Shown here: in pieces, positions 1 through 13,533 of the stretch
How the letters are laid out: every line of letters starts with the position of its first letter
Numbering within the stretch: the stretch's first letter is position 1
From: Octopus vulgaris
Taxonomy: Eukaryota
NCBI GenBank assembly: GCA_951406725.2
Contig: OX597829.1
Location: forward strand, 51,212,001 to 51,276,000
Length of the DNA: 64,000 bases
Direction: 5' to 3'
Program-made: the position numbers and the translations under genes
The notes under the pieces: generated by a model
Databases searched by the model: none
What the model was told of the DNA's origin: nothing
The model's input: only the letters and a program-made list of their open reading frames with translations

Positions 1-353
1 TGTGTGTGTGTGTGTGTGTATTTTTCTTTTCTTTGAGTTTTATTTAAGTTCTTCTTGAATGAGCTCGCTAAAAAAGTGATGAGGCTTTTTTGAATTCTGA
101 GAATTCCTTGTGTTTTTAAATATGTGGTTGAGTTGGCGTGTTGGTTGAATTGTCGATGCCAACACCCAAACGTGTGCATCCATCTATTCACCTAACAAAT
201 TTCAGATGAAAGATCTTTGGAATGTTTTACAAATCTTCACTGTACCACACTAATAGATTGGATTTGGAAAATCTGCATCAGTTTCTTTTGCTTTTTCTTA
301 AAAAAAACCCAGTATTTCTAGATTTTATGTAAATTTATAGGTACATAGCTTAA

Positions 354-572
354 CCCTTTAGTGTTCAGATTATTCTATCAAACATAATGCCTATTGATTC
401 ACGTTGATTTGAATTAATCATGCATTATCTCATATCTTCAAGATCTTGATGGTGTAATTACTTCATGTAGAATAACATTGTAGGGTAGGTGTGAGAGCCT
501 GGATCTGGTCAGTTTGAACATAAAACAGATTAAATATTTTGGCCAGATATGGCCAGTTTAAATACTAAAGGG
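354..572. mobile_element. piggyBac-like non-autonomous MITE
   Basis: TTAA on both sides (350-353, 573-576). Termini CCCTTTAGTGTT...AATACTAAAGGG are inverted repeats. Related ends occur near 19924, 47662 and 48470. Confidence 0.75.
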
Positions 573-574
573 TT

Positions 575-1190
575 AATGCACCTATGACAATAAGTACAAA
601 CAAGAATTTATAGCCAAGGTTACAAGAGCTTTGAGTTGCACATTAATTCACCATAAATGTTCTCTTCCTGAATTTTTGGTTGTACATTCACATCCACTGG
701 GCAGCTGACCCCTACAACAGTGCATGACTTTTCTTCCCTGTCCCACAGAACAATATCAGGTCTGTTATATTTGCACTGAATTAATGTTTTTATTGAGGTG
801 TTCCACCAGTATTCCTTGTTTTTAAAGGTGTGAATACCTGCTGGTTCTGGCATGCCTTTGATATATACGTCAGGACAATCCATTTTGTGGATAGCATTGT
901 ACATACTCTTCGCAACTATATAATGCCTCAGGGGTAGATAGTATCTTGTAGACATTTTGTGGCAGCTGCTTATGATGTGGTTGATATCTTCCACACTGGT
1001 AGAGCAGAACCGATGTTTTTTTTATTACAGTGTTGAGATTTGGTGGTATCTTTGTCCCTCTTGGTTTTCAAGTATTTAGTAGCTATCGCCTGTTCCTGGA
1101 TAGCGAAGGCATATCCTTCAGGGTGGAATGTAATGTGTCTATCACGCTTAGACATCACATGATAGTTGCAAACAAATGTCACCATTATGT
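575..1190 (-). mobile_element. Decayed R4/Dong-clade non-LTR retrotransposon, C-terminal zinc knuckle plus restriction-like endonuclease
   Basis: ORFs 970-1293 and 620-994 give EGYAFAIQEQAIATKY, then a frameshifted CCHC region (EDINHIISSC), RH, and NRPDIVLWDREEK. This is the motif order of R4-type RLE elements. Confidence 0.75.
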
Positions 1191-1402
1191 AAATGGTACC
1201 CTTTGTCTCCAGTCTTCTGTGGAAACTTGTCTTAGTCATGGAAAAAAATATTACCTTACTCGGAAACAGGTGATAGGAAGGGCATCCAGCCATAGAAACT
1301 CTGCCTCAATAAATTCTGTCTGACCCATGCAAAATGGACATTAAAACTACGATGATGATGATGATACACTCACCATTCAATTCTACATAGGTCAACCATC
1401 CA

Positions 1403-1820
1403 ACATCATCATCATTTAACATCCGTTGTACATACTGGCAATGGCTAGATGGGTCGACCAGGGCTGGTAAGCTGAGGGTCTGCCCCAGGCTCCAGTCTGA
1501 TTCAGCATGGTTTCTACAGCTGGATGCCCTTCCTAATGCCAACCACTCCAAGAGTGTAATGGGTGCCTTTTACATGCCACTGGTTTTGGTGCCAGTTACA
1601 GGACACCAGCATCGGCCACAACCATGATTTGACTTGGCTTGACGGATCTTCTCAAGCACAGCATATTACCAGAGGTTTCGGTCACTAGGCATTACCTCCA
1701 TGAGGCCCAATATTCAAAGATCATGCTTCGCCACCTCCTCCCATGTCTTCCTGGGTCTACCTCTTCCACAGGTCCCCTCCACAGTTAGATATCAGCTCTT
1801 CCTTACACAACTGTCCTCAA
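1403..1820 (-). mobile_element. 5'-truncated RTE LINE 3' end with (GAT)n tail
   Basis: The minus strand encodes a decayed GRGRPRKTW..VAKHDL C-terminus matching 52986-53207. It continues into the GGAAGGGCATCCAGCTGTAGAAAC 3' UTR and a GAT-repeat tail. Confidence 0.8.
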
Positions 1821-3643
1821 TTTGATAAATCATCATTAGTTTGGTGTTTTACTTTTCCATGCTTGCATGTATCAGATGGAATTTTACTAAGATGGCCTTT
1901 CTATGATTGGACATCAACCCTCACCTATTTCCAAGAAATAGATGGTACTTCTCTATAACCAGGCATGTTTTTCACAGAAGACTGCAAAACAAAGGATACC
2001 GCTTGCACAACAGTTACATTTCTTTCCAACTATTCTCGCAGAATACTGGAAATGAACGATACTGCTCCCATGACAATCGTTTTTCAACTATCATGCAATG
2101 TCAAAAAAAGGGGGGGGGACACAAACGCGCGTATATTACTTGATTCTTTCAGTTTCCGTCTAATAAATCCATTCAAAAGGCTTTGGTCAGCCCTGGGCTA
2201 GAATAGAATATACTTGCCTAAGATGCTACACGGTGGGACTGAACCCAAGATCATGTGGTTGGGAAGCAAACTTCTTAACCACACAACCACTCCTGCGCCA
2301 ATAAATGCTTTATTTGAAAGAAGAAAAAAAACGAAAGTGTATAAAAGAAATACAACTGCACACTGATTAAACAATTTGTTGATTTTTTTTCCCCCCTTCT
2401 CTTTTGCAATAAAAGAGATAATCTTTAATTTAATTATTAATAACGGACAATACAAACGGGATTAGAAACACTGCCCTTATATAAAAGGGTACATCTGCGC
2501 ACTTCTAAATAATGAATTGTTCAAGGGAGGTAACTACGTGCTTCCTAAATCGAGAAGTTTTCAGTAGAATTGTTATTTCATGCCAAATTATACTTGAAAT
2601 ATCCTATTTACACTGTTTGAGCAAGGATTCGTATAAAAATTACCAATTTTCTAAAGCTTAGTGCTTTAGCTTTGGTTATATGCGTGTTGAATGTTAGCTG
2701 TGACAATGAGTCGTATATAAAACGTTGGTATTTTGGCTTAAGGTATTACTGACTAGGAAAAAAAAAGTTTTTTTCAAAATTATATTTTTAGATAATTTGA
2801 TATCGTTTCAGATAAAAAATTTTAACTGAATTTCTTCTTCAGAGAGTTTTAAGAGTGAATTGATTCGTTTTATATTTATTTAGTTTATCTATATATTTTG
2901 TTGGGTGAGATTCTTAAAAAAATATATCTTATTATATGTAGTAATTATTCAGAAAAGAAGAGCAAATTTTGTAAAGGAATCGTTTTTGTAAACGAATTTT
3001 ATAAGATTCCTTTTCATGCAGAAAATCCAAAAGGAAATTGGTAAAAAAAAAAAAAAGACTTTCAGATATTTCATAATTTCATCTGAAAAAATAACAAATG
3101 TCACGGTTTTTTTATGCCAAATTATATAAGTTGATAGCGTCAATGTGTTGCTTCATTAAATATTTTTAAGTAGAGTGTTTGAATTTAGATATAATTAACT
3201 CGTTGGCTCTTCCTTCGTGTTGTTGAAATAAAATTCTAACACGAGGCCAGCAATTTCGTGGGAGAGTAGTAAGTCCTATTACATCGAGCCCAGTGCATAA
3301 CTGGTACTTATTTCAATCAACCCAGAAAGGACAAGTCGGCCCCAGCCGAATTTGAACTCAGAATATAAAATTGGATAAAATGCCACTAAACATCTTACCT
3401 GGTATGTTAACAGTTCTGCCAGCTCGCCACCTAAATATTAATAATAATAAAAAAAAAAAAAGAAGAATGCTAATGATTTCATTTATTTGCCACCAGGGCA
3501 AAGGATACGGGGACACAATACAAAACAGACATAAAATATGGGTTTACATGTAATGACATGATAAAATAAATTTTTTTAAATAAGTATACATGGTATAGAA
3601 TGAAAAAGAAGGGAAATATACATAATATACAAAGGTAATAATA

Positions 3644-3810
3644 CTGTATTCTAATGTGTATAAGGGACCCCCTAATTTTAGGGGCTTAAAATTTGGAAAA
3701 AAGGTTTTGTAAGGGATTATAATGCTATCCATGTATAAAAAACTCCCATATTTTTTTAACCTAATTTTTGACCAAAAAAAAAAGGTTTCCTTATACACGT
3801 TAAAATACGG
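3644..3810. mobile_element. Tc2/pogo-like MITE
   Basis: TA-flanked ~22-bp terminal inverted repeats CTGTATTCTAATGTGTATAAGG / CCTTATACACGTTAAAATACGG with 3 mismatches. Confidence 0.7.
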
Positions 3811-4030
3811 TAATAATGATAATGGTTTCAAATTATGGGGCAGGGGCTAAAACGATTTAAATTGACTCTAGTGATCAGCTGGTGCTTATTTTATCATCCC
3901 CAAAAGGAAGAAAGAGAAAGTCAACCCCAGCTGCATTTGAACCTAAAACGTAAAAGACGGACCAGCCATGGCACCACCTCTGCATTTCAATGAGGTGAAT
4001 CTGAGGTGTGGTTGGGTTATTGCTAGTTGA

Positions 4031-4064
<34 letters not shown>

Positions 4065-4610
4065 TTGATGCAGTACCAGACAGTGGCTCTCATGGCTTCT
4101 GATCTTAACTGATTGGAAGTGTTATCATGTACGTTGTTTTGTCTTGGTATAAAAGATGGGCTACAGCAAATATTTTGCTCAATACCACAGATTTGCTTGT
4201 CAGTTGTTTGACCTTAACCAGTTGACCATGTCCCTTGGTGGCTGACGATATGTGCATCTCTGATCACGAGCAGAAGTAGTGGGGGAGCATCATAGCCATG
4301 TGTTGAGAGGGATTCTTTGGGGTTTGAATAATTCACCTCTGGAAACATGGGTGTTTCGTTCAACATCCTTAAACAACCCTTATTCAGGGACCTTTTGAGC
4401 GGGTTGGGTTACTCGACCAGAAGAAAATTCAAAGGTCATGTGCTGTTTATCTTGATATGAGATCACCATGTCGCGCACATATGGTTGTGATGCATGTGCC
4501 TGGTGTACCCTTAACAGACGGGTAGTCATGATGGGTATATTGGGCTTCGTATATTTTACCCCAGTGTCACTTTGATGGCATGCACTGCTCTCTCACTCAA
4601 TAATAATAAT
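4065..4610 (+). mobile_element. ~545-bp non-coding retro-element with (AAT)n tail, copy 1
   Basis: Near-identical reverse complement at 5581-6140 and a partial copy at 9385-9540. Embedded in (AAT)n on both sides. Strand inferred from the tail. Confidence 0.75.
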
Positions 4611-5580
4611 AAATGCCCTGATGCAGTACCAGGCAGTGGGCCCTCGTGGCTGCTGATAACAATAAAAGAATACAGGAGCCCTTTCAACTTAACAATAGAG
4701 TAGTTTTAGGGATAATCAACAATTATTTGAATATTGCACTAACTAGCTGTCTCTTGTGTACTTGCCAAAATAGCTGAAAAGATATTTAGTCATTTTGTTA
4801 TTTGTGTGTGTGTGTGTGTTTTGTCTTTTCCTCTCTATTCAATTATTTCTAATTATTTTTCAATACTGTTTCGTTTTTTATTTTGCCTAAGATGTTTTGT
4901 TGTGAACTCGAGTGTTGAAACAAACCTTGCTGTGTTTTTGAGAGGGTCATTATGCCAATGATAAACACATGCACTGGTTGCATATTACTTTATTTTCTAT
5001 TTGTCATTTGATTAATTATCTAACCAATTAACTCGTCAAATGTTTGATTATTTAACCAATTAACTAATCGAATGTTTATATTATGGTTTAGTCAATCAAT
5101 CAATCAAATCACTTAAGTTTCTCAAAGTCCACTTCCATTAAATATATTTACACAGGTTTAACTATCGCTTTTTCTGCAGATGGCATCTCTGAGTTCCTTT
5201 TTTCATCATCATCATCATCATCATCGTCATCATTATTATTATATTTCACATTCTGAGTCCAAATGCTGCCACGGTCGACTTTGCCTTTCATCCTTTCGGG
5301 ATCAATAAAATAAGTACCAGTTGAGTATTGGGGTCAATGAAATCAACTTATCTTGTCCCCACCAAAATTTCAGACCTTGTGCCTAAAGAAGAAAAGATTA
5401 TTATGTTCTGTCTTTATGTTCTGAGTTCAAATTCTGGCGAGGTCGACTTTGCCTTTCAGCCCCTCAGGGTCGATAAAATAAGTACAAATGAAACACTGGG
5501 GTCGATGTAATCGGCTAGTCTCCTCCCCACAAAATTTCAGGCCATGTGCCTATAGTAGAGAGGATTATTATTATTATTAT

Positions 5581-6138
5581 TATTGAGTGAGAGAGCAGTG
5601 CATGCCATCAAAGTGACACTGGGGTAAAATATACGAAGCCCAATATACCCATCATGACTACCCGTCTGATAAGGGTACACCAGGCACATGCATCACAACC
5701 ATATGTTTGCGATATGGTGATCTCATATCAAGATAAACAGCACATGACCTTGCAGGTGGGGCCCAGTTAGAATTTTCTTCAGGTTGAGTAGCCCATCCAG
5801 CTCAAAAGGTCCCTGATTAAGGGTTGTTTAAGGATGTTGAACGAAACACCCATGTTTCCAGGGGTGAATTATTCAAACCCTAAAGAATTCCCCTCGATAC
5901 ATGGCTATGATGCTCCCCCACTACTTCTGCTCATGATCAGAGATGCACATATCGTCAGCCACTAAGGGACATGCTCAAATGGTTAAGGTCAAACAACTGA
6001 CAAGCAAATCTGTGGTATTGAGCAGAATATTTGCTGTAGCCCATCTTTTATACCAAGATAAAACAATGTACATGATAACACTTCCAATCAGTTAAGATCA
6101 GAAGCCATGAGAGCCATTGCCTGGTACTGCATCAGGGC

Positions 6139-6140
<2 letters not shown>
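5581..6140 (-). mobile_element. ~545-bp non-coding retro-element with (AAT)n tail, copy 2 (inverted)
   Basis: Reverse complement of 4065-4610, flanked by (ATT)n on both sides. Confidence 0.75.
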
Positions 6141-6199
<59 letters not shown>

Positions 6200-6764
6200 C
6201 ATTTAAACATAGACATGTGGCTGAGAAGCTGTTTTCATCCACAAAACTGTGTGTGTGTGAGCCTCACAGCTTGACAATTGATATTTGTTTATCATCATCA
6301 TCATCATCGATTAACGTCCGCTTTCCTTGCTGGCATGGGTTGGACGGTTTGACTGAGGACTGGCAAGGCAGGAGGCTGCACCAGACTCCATTCTGATCTG
6401 GCAGTGTTTCTACAGCTGGACGCCCTTCCTAATGCCAACCACACCGAGAGTGTAGTGAGTGCTTTTTACGTACCACTGGCATCGACCACACTTAAATGGT
6501 ACTTTTCACAGTTAGACAAAAGGTATCCAAATACATAAGTCCCAAACTTTAAATTAATGCTGGTGTCGATTTCCTTAACTTGATCTTTCCAAACAGTGCT
6601 GCAGTATGGCCACAACCCAGTGACTGAAACAAGTAAACAAATAAAAGAATCCAAGTTTTACTTCTTTTTATTTTGAATTAGCCCCTCCCCTTGCTTTTTT
6701 TTTAATCATTTAGAATTTGAGTGCTAATTATATTTTTCTCTTTACAATCATTTATTATTAATTA

Positions 6765-7057
6765 AGGCGGCGAGCTGGCAGAAACGTTAGCACGCCGAGC
6801 GAAATACTAAAGACGTCTGTGTTTACGTTCTGAGTTCAGATTCTGCCGAGGTCGACTTTGCCCTTTATCCTTTCGGGGTCGATAAATTAAGTACTAGTCG
6901 TGTACTGGGGTCGATCTAATCGGCTGATCCCCTCACCCAAAATTCCGCTACGGTCATCTTTACCTTTCTATGAAATAAGTATCAGTTTTCGGGGTCGATA
7001 TAATCAACTAGTCTCCTTCCTCCAAATTTTCATGGCTTTATACCTAGAGTAGAAATA
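6765..7057 (+). mobile_element. SINE family B (Meta-domain-like core)
   Basis: Head GGCGGCGAGCTGGCAGAA, B-box-like GAGTTCAGATTC, core GGTCGACTTTGCC..ATCCTTTCGGGGTCGATAAATTAAGTAC. More than 15 full or partial copies in the window. Confidence 0.8.
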
Positions 7058-7497
7058 TTATTTGGAATCATAAAAAAAAAAAATTGTCGAAATATTTTGT
7101 GTATTGTAGAATTATAACCAGTTTATTGCAGATAAATTTTATGAACCAAATCTTATATGGGTCGTGTTGGACCTCAGATGAGATCTACTGCCCTGGCCCT
7201 TTGCTGCCTGCATCTCTCCACCACAACTACCACCCCCACTCTGTTGGAAGACTTTAGACCAGGTCTCTGACCTGAAGATAACTTTATCCTCATTCTCCCC
7301 CCCCACACACACACACACACATTCAACTCCCTCCCTCCTACTACTCTTGATTTTTTTAAATTAATTTCTTTTAATTGCGTAAAATAAATTCTAAGTCATC
7401 AAGTAGTACTTTCCCTTTGACTGTGGGTTTTACTAAAGCATGGCTTTTACGTCCAGTTGTGGCCAGAGACAGCTGTTTATGGTAGGTAACGAGTAGA

Positions 7498-7967
7498 CAA
7501 GGAGTGGCTGCGTGGTAAGGGGTTTTCTTCTCAACCACATGGTTCCGGATTCGGTCCCACGGTGTGACACCTTCGGCAAGTGTCTACTACAATAGCATTG
7601 TGAGTGGATTTGGTACATAGAAACTGAAAGAACCCCGTATGTGTGTGTGTGTGTGTGTCTTTGTGTCTGTGTTTGTGTTTTTGTGTATGCGTGTGTCTTT
7701 GTGTTTTGTGTGTGTGTGTAAGGGGGTCTGTGTGTGTCTCTTTGTATCTGTGTTTGTGTGTGTCTCTGTTCGGACCCAACTACCACTTGACAACCGGTGT
7801 TGATGTGTTTACGTCCCCCGTAACTTCGTGGTTCAGTAAAATACACTGATAGAATAAGTACTTGGCTTTTTAAAAAATGTATTGGGGTCGATTCAATCAA
7901 CTAAAATTCCTCAAGGCAGTGCTCCAGCATGGCCACAGTCAAATGACCGAAACAAGGGAAAAGATAA
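7498..7967 (+). mobile_element. tRNA-derived SINE family A
   Basis: GGAGTGGCTGCGTGGTAAG head (A box), GGATTCGGTCCC B-box-like motif, internal (GT)n tract, 3' GCTCCAGCATGGCCACAGTCAAATGACCGAAACAAG. About 25 copies in the window. Confidence 0.85.
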
Positions 7968-8470
7968 ATTAAAAAAAAAAAACAAACAGAATAGTTATAT
8001 AGAGAAACAATAGGTGACCTGGGGGTTTATGGTACTTGCATGTCCATAACAATAATATAAACATGCACGCCTGAAAACGTTAACAAGCTACACTTCATTG
8101 CACAATCTGTCGTGTGTGAACATCTTACGTATCTCCTGTAGATCTATAGTTTCTTCCAGCATAACAGGCACGGTGACTGCACACAAAGCAGGGTGAATCA
8201 CCTCTTCTTGCTTTGCAGTCAGTAGTTAAATGAGCAGTTTATCTCTAGATAAAAGAAAAATAAATAGCACAGGATTATAAATGACGTCTCTTCCTCGCAT
8301 CTGGCAGAACACAAAAACACATCGAGGGTTTTTTTAAAAAAAGGGGGATGAAAAAACAAAAAAGACAAACACGTTCAGTTAGTTATAGAGAGTACCACCA
8401 CTAGCTGTCTTTGTGTGTCTTTTAAGTGCTACATCAAATTTGTGTGCTCGTTAAGCTGGCTTTGCAGCAT

Positions 8471-8483
8471 ATGAATATACGTG
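8471..8483 (+). CDS. Candidate first coding exon (MNIR + G, phase 1) of the ZNF541-like gene
   Basis: ATG AAT ATA CGT G|GTAAGA: a good donor in phase 1 that splices in frame to 14303 to give MNIRGNIGPAGNIRL. Upstream are TATAAA (8276), TGACGT (8282) and TCAGTT (8375). No homology support. Confidence 0.3.
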
Positions 8484-8989
8484 GTAAGATTCATTCAATC
8501 ATAAATGCTAGCAGTTTGAAAAGAATAAAATATGGACAGCATGTTAACTGGCACGAATGAGAAGCAAAAGCTGATGTATAATATATGTAATGCACTCGTG
8601 TAAATTAGTTAAATGTACTGTAACGATATTTAAACGTTTTGATTGGACGTTGCAGCCGGAATAGTTCAATTAATTATATACCAGAGTGTTTATAGACGCA
8701 GACATGTGTATTGTTTTTGATTCCATTGGGGGGGGGGGGTATTTTTTTTATTGTTGTTGTTGTTATATTTTGGGGTTTTTTTTGGTAAAAAGACTAGACT
8801 TTGTTTTTATTGGCAACATATTTTACAGGATGAGAAGAAAGAAAAAAAACAGTATAAAACCAAATTATCAAGAAAAACAACAACCCCATAACTACCTCAC
8901 CAAAGAAACAAACAAAAAAAAGAACGGGGTGGGGATTAAGCAACAGGAGATGGGACGGGGGGCAGGGAATAATGGATTGTACATCCCAA

Positions 8990-9260
8990 AATAAATGGCG
9001 TGTTTAAGCCGTACCTTGCAGACATGATTGCAAAGGTGTTGCCATGAAGAATGGCCAGCAACACTCTCTCCGGCAGCCACTCCACTTTGTGGAGCTTATT
9101 TCTCACACAGGCCATAGTTATCCTGATTTTCTGGAGGAAATCAGCAGTGCAAGGTCCGAGGACATCCGAGAACTTGACAATGACCAAACACATTATGTTC
9201 CTGTATTTCTCTATTTTTCTCTCCTCTGCGTTACAAACAGCAATACTTGACTTATATTTC
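8990..9260 (-). mobile_element. Decayed CRE-like non-LTR retrotransposon C-terminus
   Basis: ORF 8936-9289 reads NAEERKIEKY...LGPCTADFL...WLPERVLLAILHGNTFAI. This resembles the AE..K..KY / QRISIAIQRGNA end of CRE-clade RLE elements, recognised from memory. Confidence 0.55.
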
Positions 9261-10677
9261 AGGCAAATTCCATAGCATTCTCTCATCATACTTTTGTCTA
9301 CTAACTACTGTACTCTTTTATAAACCCTATAATTCACAATGGATTCTTCCAGCAAGAGAAACATCGATATAACAAAACTAATTGAAGGTCAAACAACTGA
9401 CAAGCAAATCTGTGGTATTGGTCAGAATATTTGTTGTAGCCCATCTTTTATACCAAGACAAAACAATGTACATGATAACACTTCCAATCAGTTAAGATCA
9501 GAAGCCATGAGAGCCACTGCCTGGTACTGCATCAGGGCATTTTCTTCTTCTTCTTCTCCTTCTCATCATCATCATCATTGTTATTTAGGCATTGAGGTGG
9601 CAGAGTCATTATCATGCTGTGGAAAAAATGCTTAGTAGCATTTCATCAATCTTTACATTCCTAGTTCAAATTCTGCCATGGTCAACTTTGTCTTTCATCC
9701 TTTCGGGTTTAATAAAATAAATTACCAACTGAACACTGAGTTCAGTGCAGTTGACATACCTGCTTCTTCCCCCCCAAATGCCAGTCTTGTACCAAAATTT
9801 GAAATCAAAATAATATCATTTATTTCTTGCTGCACAAACTGATTGCAATTCTGTACTTGGCAATGATAGTTTTCATGTGACAAACATGGTGAACTAACCA
9901 GCAAGCTACTGGATTTTTTTCTGGAATTTATTGCAGAAGTATAACTGCCATACAATACAAATTAGTGCTACGGTCATAATCAGGTCTATATTTAATCTTA
10001 AAATTCTTCATTTCAATCTGGGAATTATCACTAAAGCTGGAAAACCATTTCCTACAGGTGAAACCTTATTAAGATTAAGTATTTCAGCTTTTATAGAAAC
10101 TATTTTTGAAACCAAGATTATGCGTCCGTATGTAACCTTCTACTGAATAAGTAATATATTTTGGAGACACGTGGTTTAAATGCCATTTAATGTTAAGGTT
10201 CAACATGTTAATAAACATTGTAGCAGATATCTTTCTGTTCAATTTGATGAACTGACCGATATTAGCAGTGAATCACATTTTTCATGCATACATCTGATGT
10301 GTGAATGATGGCGAACTGGTTGAAGAGATGTTGTTTTGTGGAAAAAAAAATCTAGTAACAATGGTGTTTGCAATGAACATCTCTGATGTATTATTCAAGA
10401 AATAAATGTAACATGAAGCCAAACGGTTAAGAATTTCATTTTGCAACCATGAGGTTCCAGGTTTGATTCTACTGACATTTGGGCAAGTGCCTTGGGTCAG
10501 CCCAAGCCTTGTGAGCAACCATGGGTAGATGGAAACTGTACTGAAGCTTAATGAATGGATTCTTGTAACTGTAATTAAAAAATACAGCCATTTCACACGC
10601 TTTCTCACATTGATTCTGCCTGAATATAACGTTAAGAATACACATCTCCATGGTATACTCAACCACCTAATAATCAA

Positions 10678-11450
10678 CTTATTGTATATAGTGCTCAGGT
10701 GCATCAGAAAAAGTAAGCGAAACTGCATGAACTGCACAGAAAGTGAACTGTGAAAAAGTCTTCAAAAACAAACAAAATCAGAAGTGGGGTGCATGATGTG
10801 TACTGTTGGCAAATTTCAGGAAGCAGTGTCCTCACATTGGAGGCGCAGTGGACTTGCAGTCGTAGGATCACGGTTTCAATTCCCTGCTGTACTCTTTCAC
10901 CACAACTTTCTCTCACTCTTTCTTCCTGTTTCTGTTCTACCTGTATTTCAAAGGCCAGCCTTGTCACACTCCACGTTGTCTGTGGAGTACTCAGCCACTT
11001 GGATGTTAATTTCATGTGCAGGCTGTTCCGTTGATCGTATCTACTGGAACCCTCATCATCATAAACGACGGAGTGCCACAAAAAGTGTCCTGACAACTAA
11101 CAGCCAATGTGGGTAGTTTATTCCATGCTTCAACAATTCTGAGTGTGAAAAAAATATTTCTTGGTTGCTTTTATTTACTTTTGTAAGCATGTCAACAAGT
11201 ATTAGACACATAGAATTCAAAAAGGTGCCCATGGTTGTTATTGGAAAGACGGTGGATAATCTTGTGGTTGTCCACTAAGTTAGTTGCCAGTCATCAGAGC
11301 TTTAATGAGTCCATGCACAGGAAAGCAAGACATTCAGAGTATGGTAGATGCCTGATGGCAGGTAATCGTATGGTTGAACATATCTGAAGGTTTTGATAAT
11401 CACTGTCCTAGACTGTATCCAAAAGAAAACCATCTGGTTGATTGGCAAAT
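10678..11450 (-). mobile_element. Decayed CR1-type LINE 3' end interrupted by a family D SINE (~10840-11080, +)
   Basis: The 3' end TTATTGTATATAGTGCTCAGGTGCATCA matches 56490, with remnants of FFTLRIVEAWNKLP. The insert matches the reverse complement of 30137-30480. Confidence 0.65.
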
Positions 11451-13479
11451 ACTCACTTGCTAACACTCCAATACTTCCTACCCATGGGCATACTATCTCC
11501 TATCACTCTCCTACTTATCAGCTGTTAGTCTAGTATCTGTAGTCTATACTGTGTGAAATGACCTGATCTGGGTTCAAATTCAGTGTAGGGTTACAGTTCA
11601 ACTGCACAAAAAAAAAAATTTGTAGGTAGGTAGATAGATAGATAGACCACATGCTAAGTGGCACCATTTACTACAATGGTCTCTACTCTTGTGAACTAAC
11701 TAATTGATACCACATCCTGGTACCTTGGACTCTTTTAGCAGATTCCACTCTCTTGCAAATGATTCAGTTAGTAGCACGGTAGTAGTATTAACTAATATTA
11801 TTTTGTCTAATTTTGTTGTACTCTCTGTTATAATAAAGTATTTTAATAGCTTCTCGTCGTGAATGTACGGTCAACCAACTAGAAAGTATCATATTTATGT
11901 GTCTGATACAAACAAAAAAAAAAGTATTAATTGTCGATAACACCAACATTCTATAATGATTTGACTATTGGAGCGTTGTTAATAGCAATATGGAAACCAA
12001 AAGCGAATACAAAGCAATACAGAATATTTGAAATAAACGATGAAAGAAACCAAGCGTTAATCGTTTAAGCGCTTTTGAAAACGGCAATGACAATTTGTAC
12101 GTCACTTCCATGACCTTTTGCTGTCTACTACAAAACAACACACCACTAATCATCACCTCGATCTGAAGATGAGACCAAGAAAGACTAGAAAAGGCGCATG
12201 GAATTAGGAGCATTTTGTATTCTATGCTAAATATTAACATTTAGGAAATAGGCAAAATCTCCAATAGAAAGTAATTAAACTTCGTAGTTTCAATATAACA
12301 ACACACACACATACGTACGCACGCGCACACGCACGTATGTATGTACATCCCTATAGAATAGAATCGGAAATTATCTACTACTGCTCAGGAACCATAATTT
12401 CTTTCGATTTGCATGTTGTAAGTAGCAGCGTAGATTACGATCTTTTGCAAAACAAAATAAGTCGATACTGAAAAATTACATTAAAGGTGTTTTCTTCTTT
12501 CTTTCTTTCTTCTTTCTCCCCCTTTTTTTTTTTCTTTTTACTCTCTACGATCTTCAAACGTGCAGAGATCAGAAGAAATTATGGGCTTAAACGCATTTGA
12601 CAATTTCCGACTCTATTCTATAGGAATACAGAGAGAGAGAAAGAGAGAGAGTGTGTGTCTGTGTAGAGTAGAAGTGCGAGTAGCTAGATGTACGGACACT
12701 TGTTATCATTTACGTAGTGAGAGTGTATATGCGCATGTGTACAAATAAATATAGATAGAAATGTGTGTATGTGTGTGTGTGTATATACATCATGTGTGTT
12801 TGCTCTTATGTATGTATGTATGTGCGTGACTGCATTTTAATTTTATGGCCTCGCTGGATAAAAACGGAGCAACGATTATGTTATTTCTACCTAAATTTGC
12901 TAGACTAATCAGTTTATAGTAAATAACATCGTAATAGTTTTTGGTAAGTCATTTCATAGAAAGAGAGAAAGAAAGAGAGTAAGAGTCTAACGAAGTTGTT
13001 GTATGTGGGTTTTTTTGTTTTTTGTTGTTGTTTTTTTTGCTTTTTATTTATTAGAGTTTTTTTTTTAAAGAAGTAGGTCACATCACATAGCTGAGTTTAC
13101 CACTTTTACGCCTGCTTATATTTGCTTTCCAGTAACAACAAAATAGGGAAAAATATTACACGAAACTTTTCCCCTTAATATTATTATATACACTTGTTTT
13201 ACGTAATATAACATACACACACACGCCCTTTATATATACAATCGCGCGCATGCACCAATTAGTGCATGCATATATATATACATCGGATGCGTGCGATTTT
13301 TTGTACAGTAACGTATTTTCTTTTTTAATATAAAAATAACTTTTATCTGAAATAACACTTTGCAAAAATCTTGGCCAGTCAGTGTGTGTGTGTGTGTTTC
13401 ATTATTGGAATTATGGTAAATATTTGTTTTTGTTTATTTTCTTCTTTCCTCAACACACATTTGTTTACTCTCACGTGTG

Positions 13480-13533
<54 letters not shown>

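Noticed and set aside
12845-12919. ATG-initiated frame MASLDKNGATIMLFLPKFARLISL
   Set aside because: It stops before the donor at 12943, so it cannot splice in frame to exon 14303.
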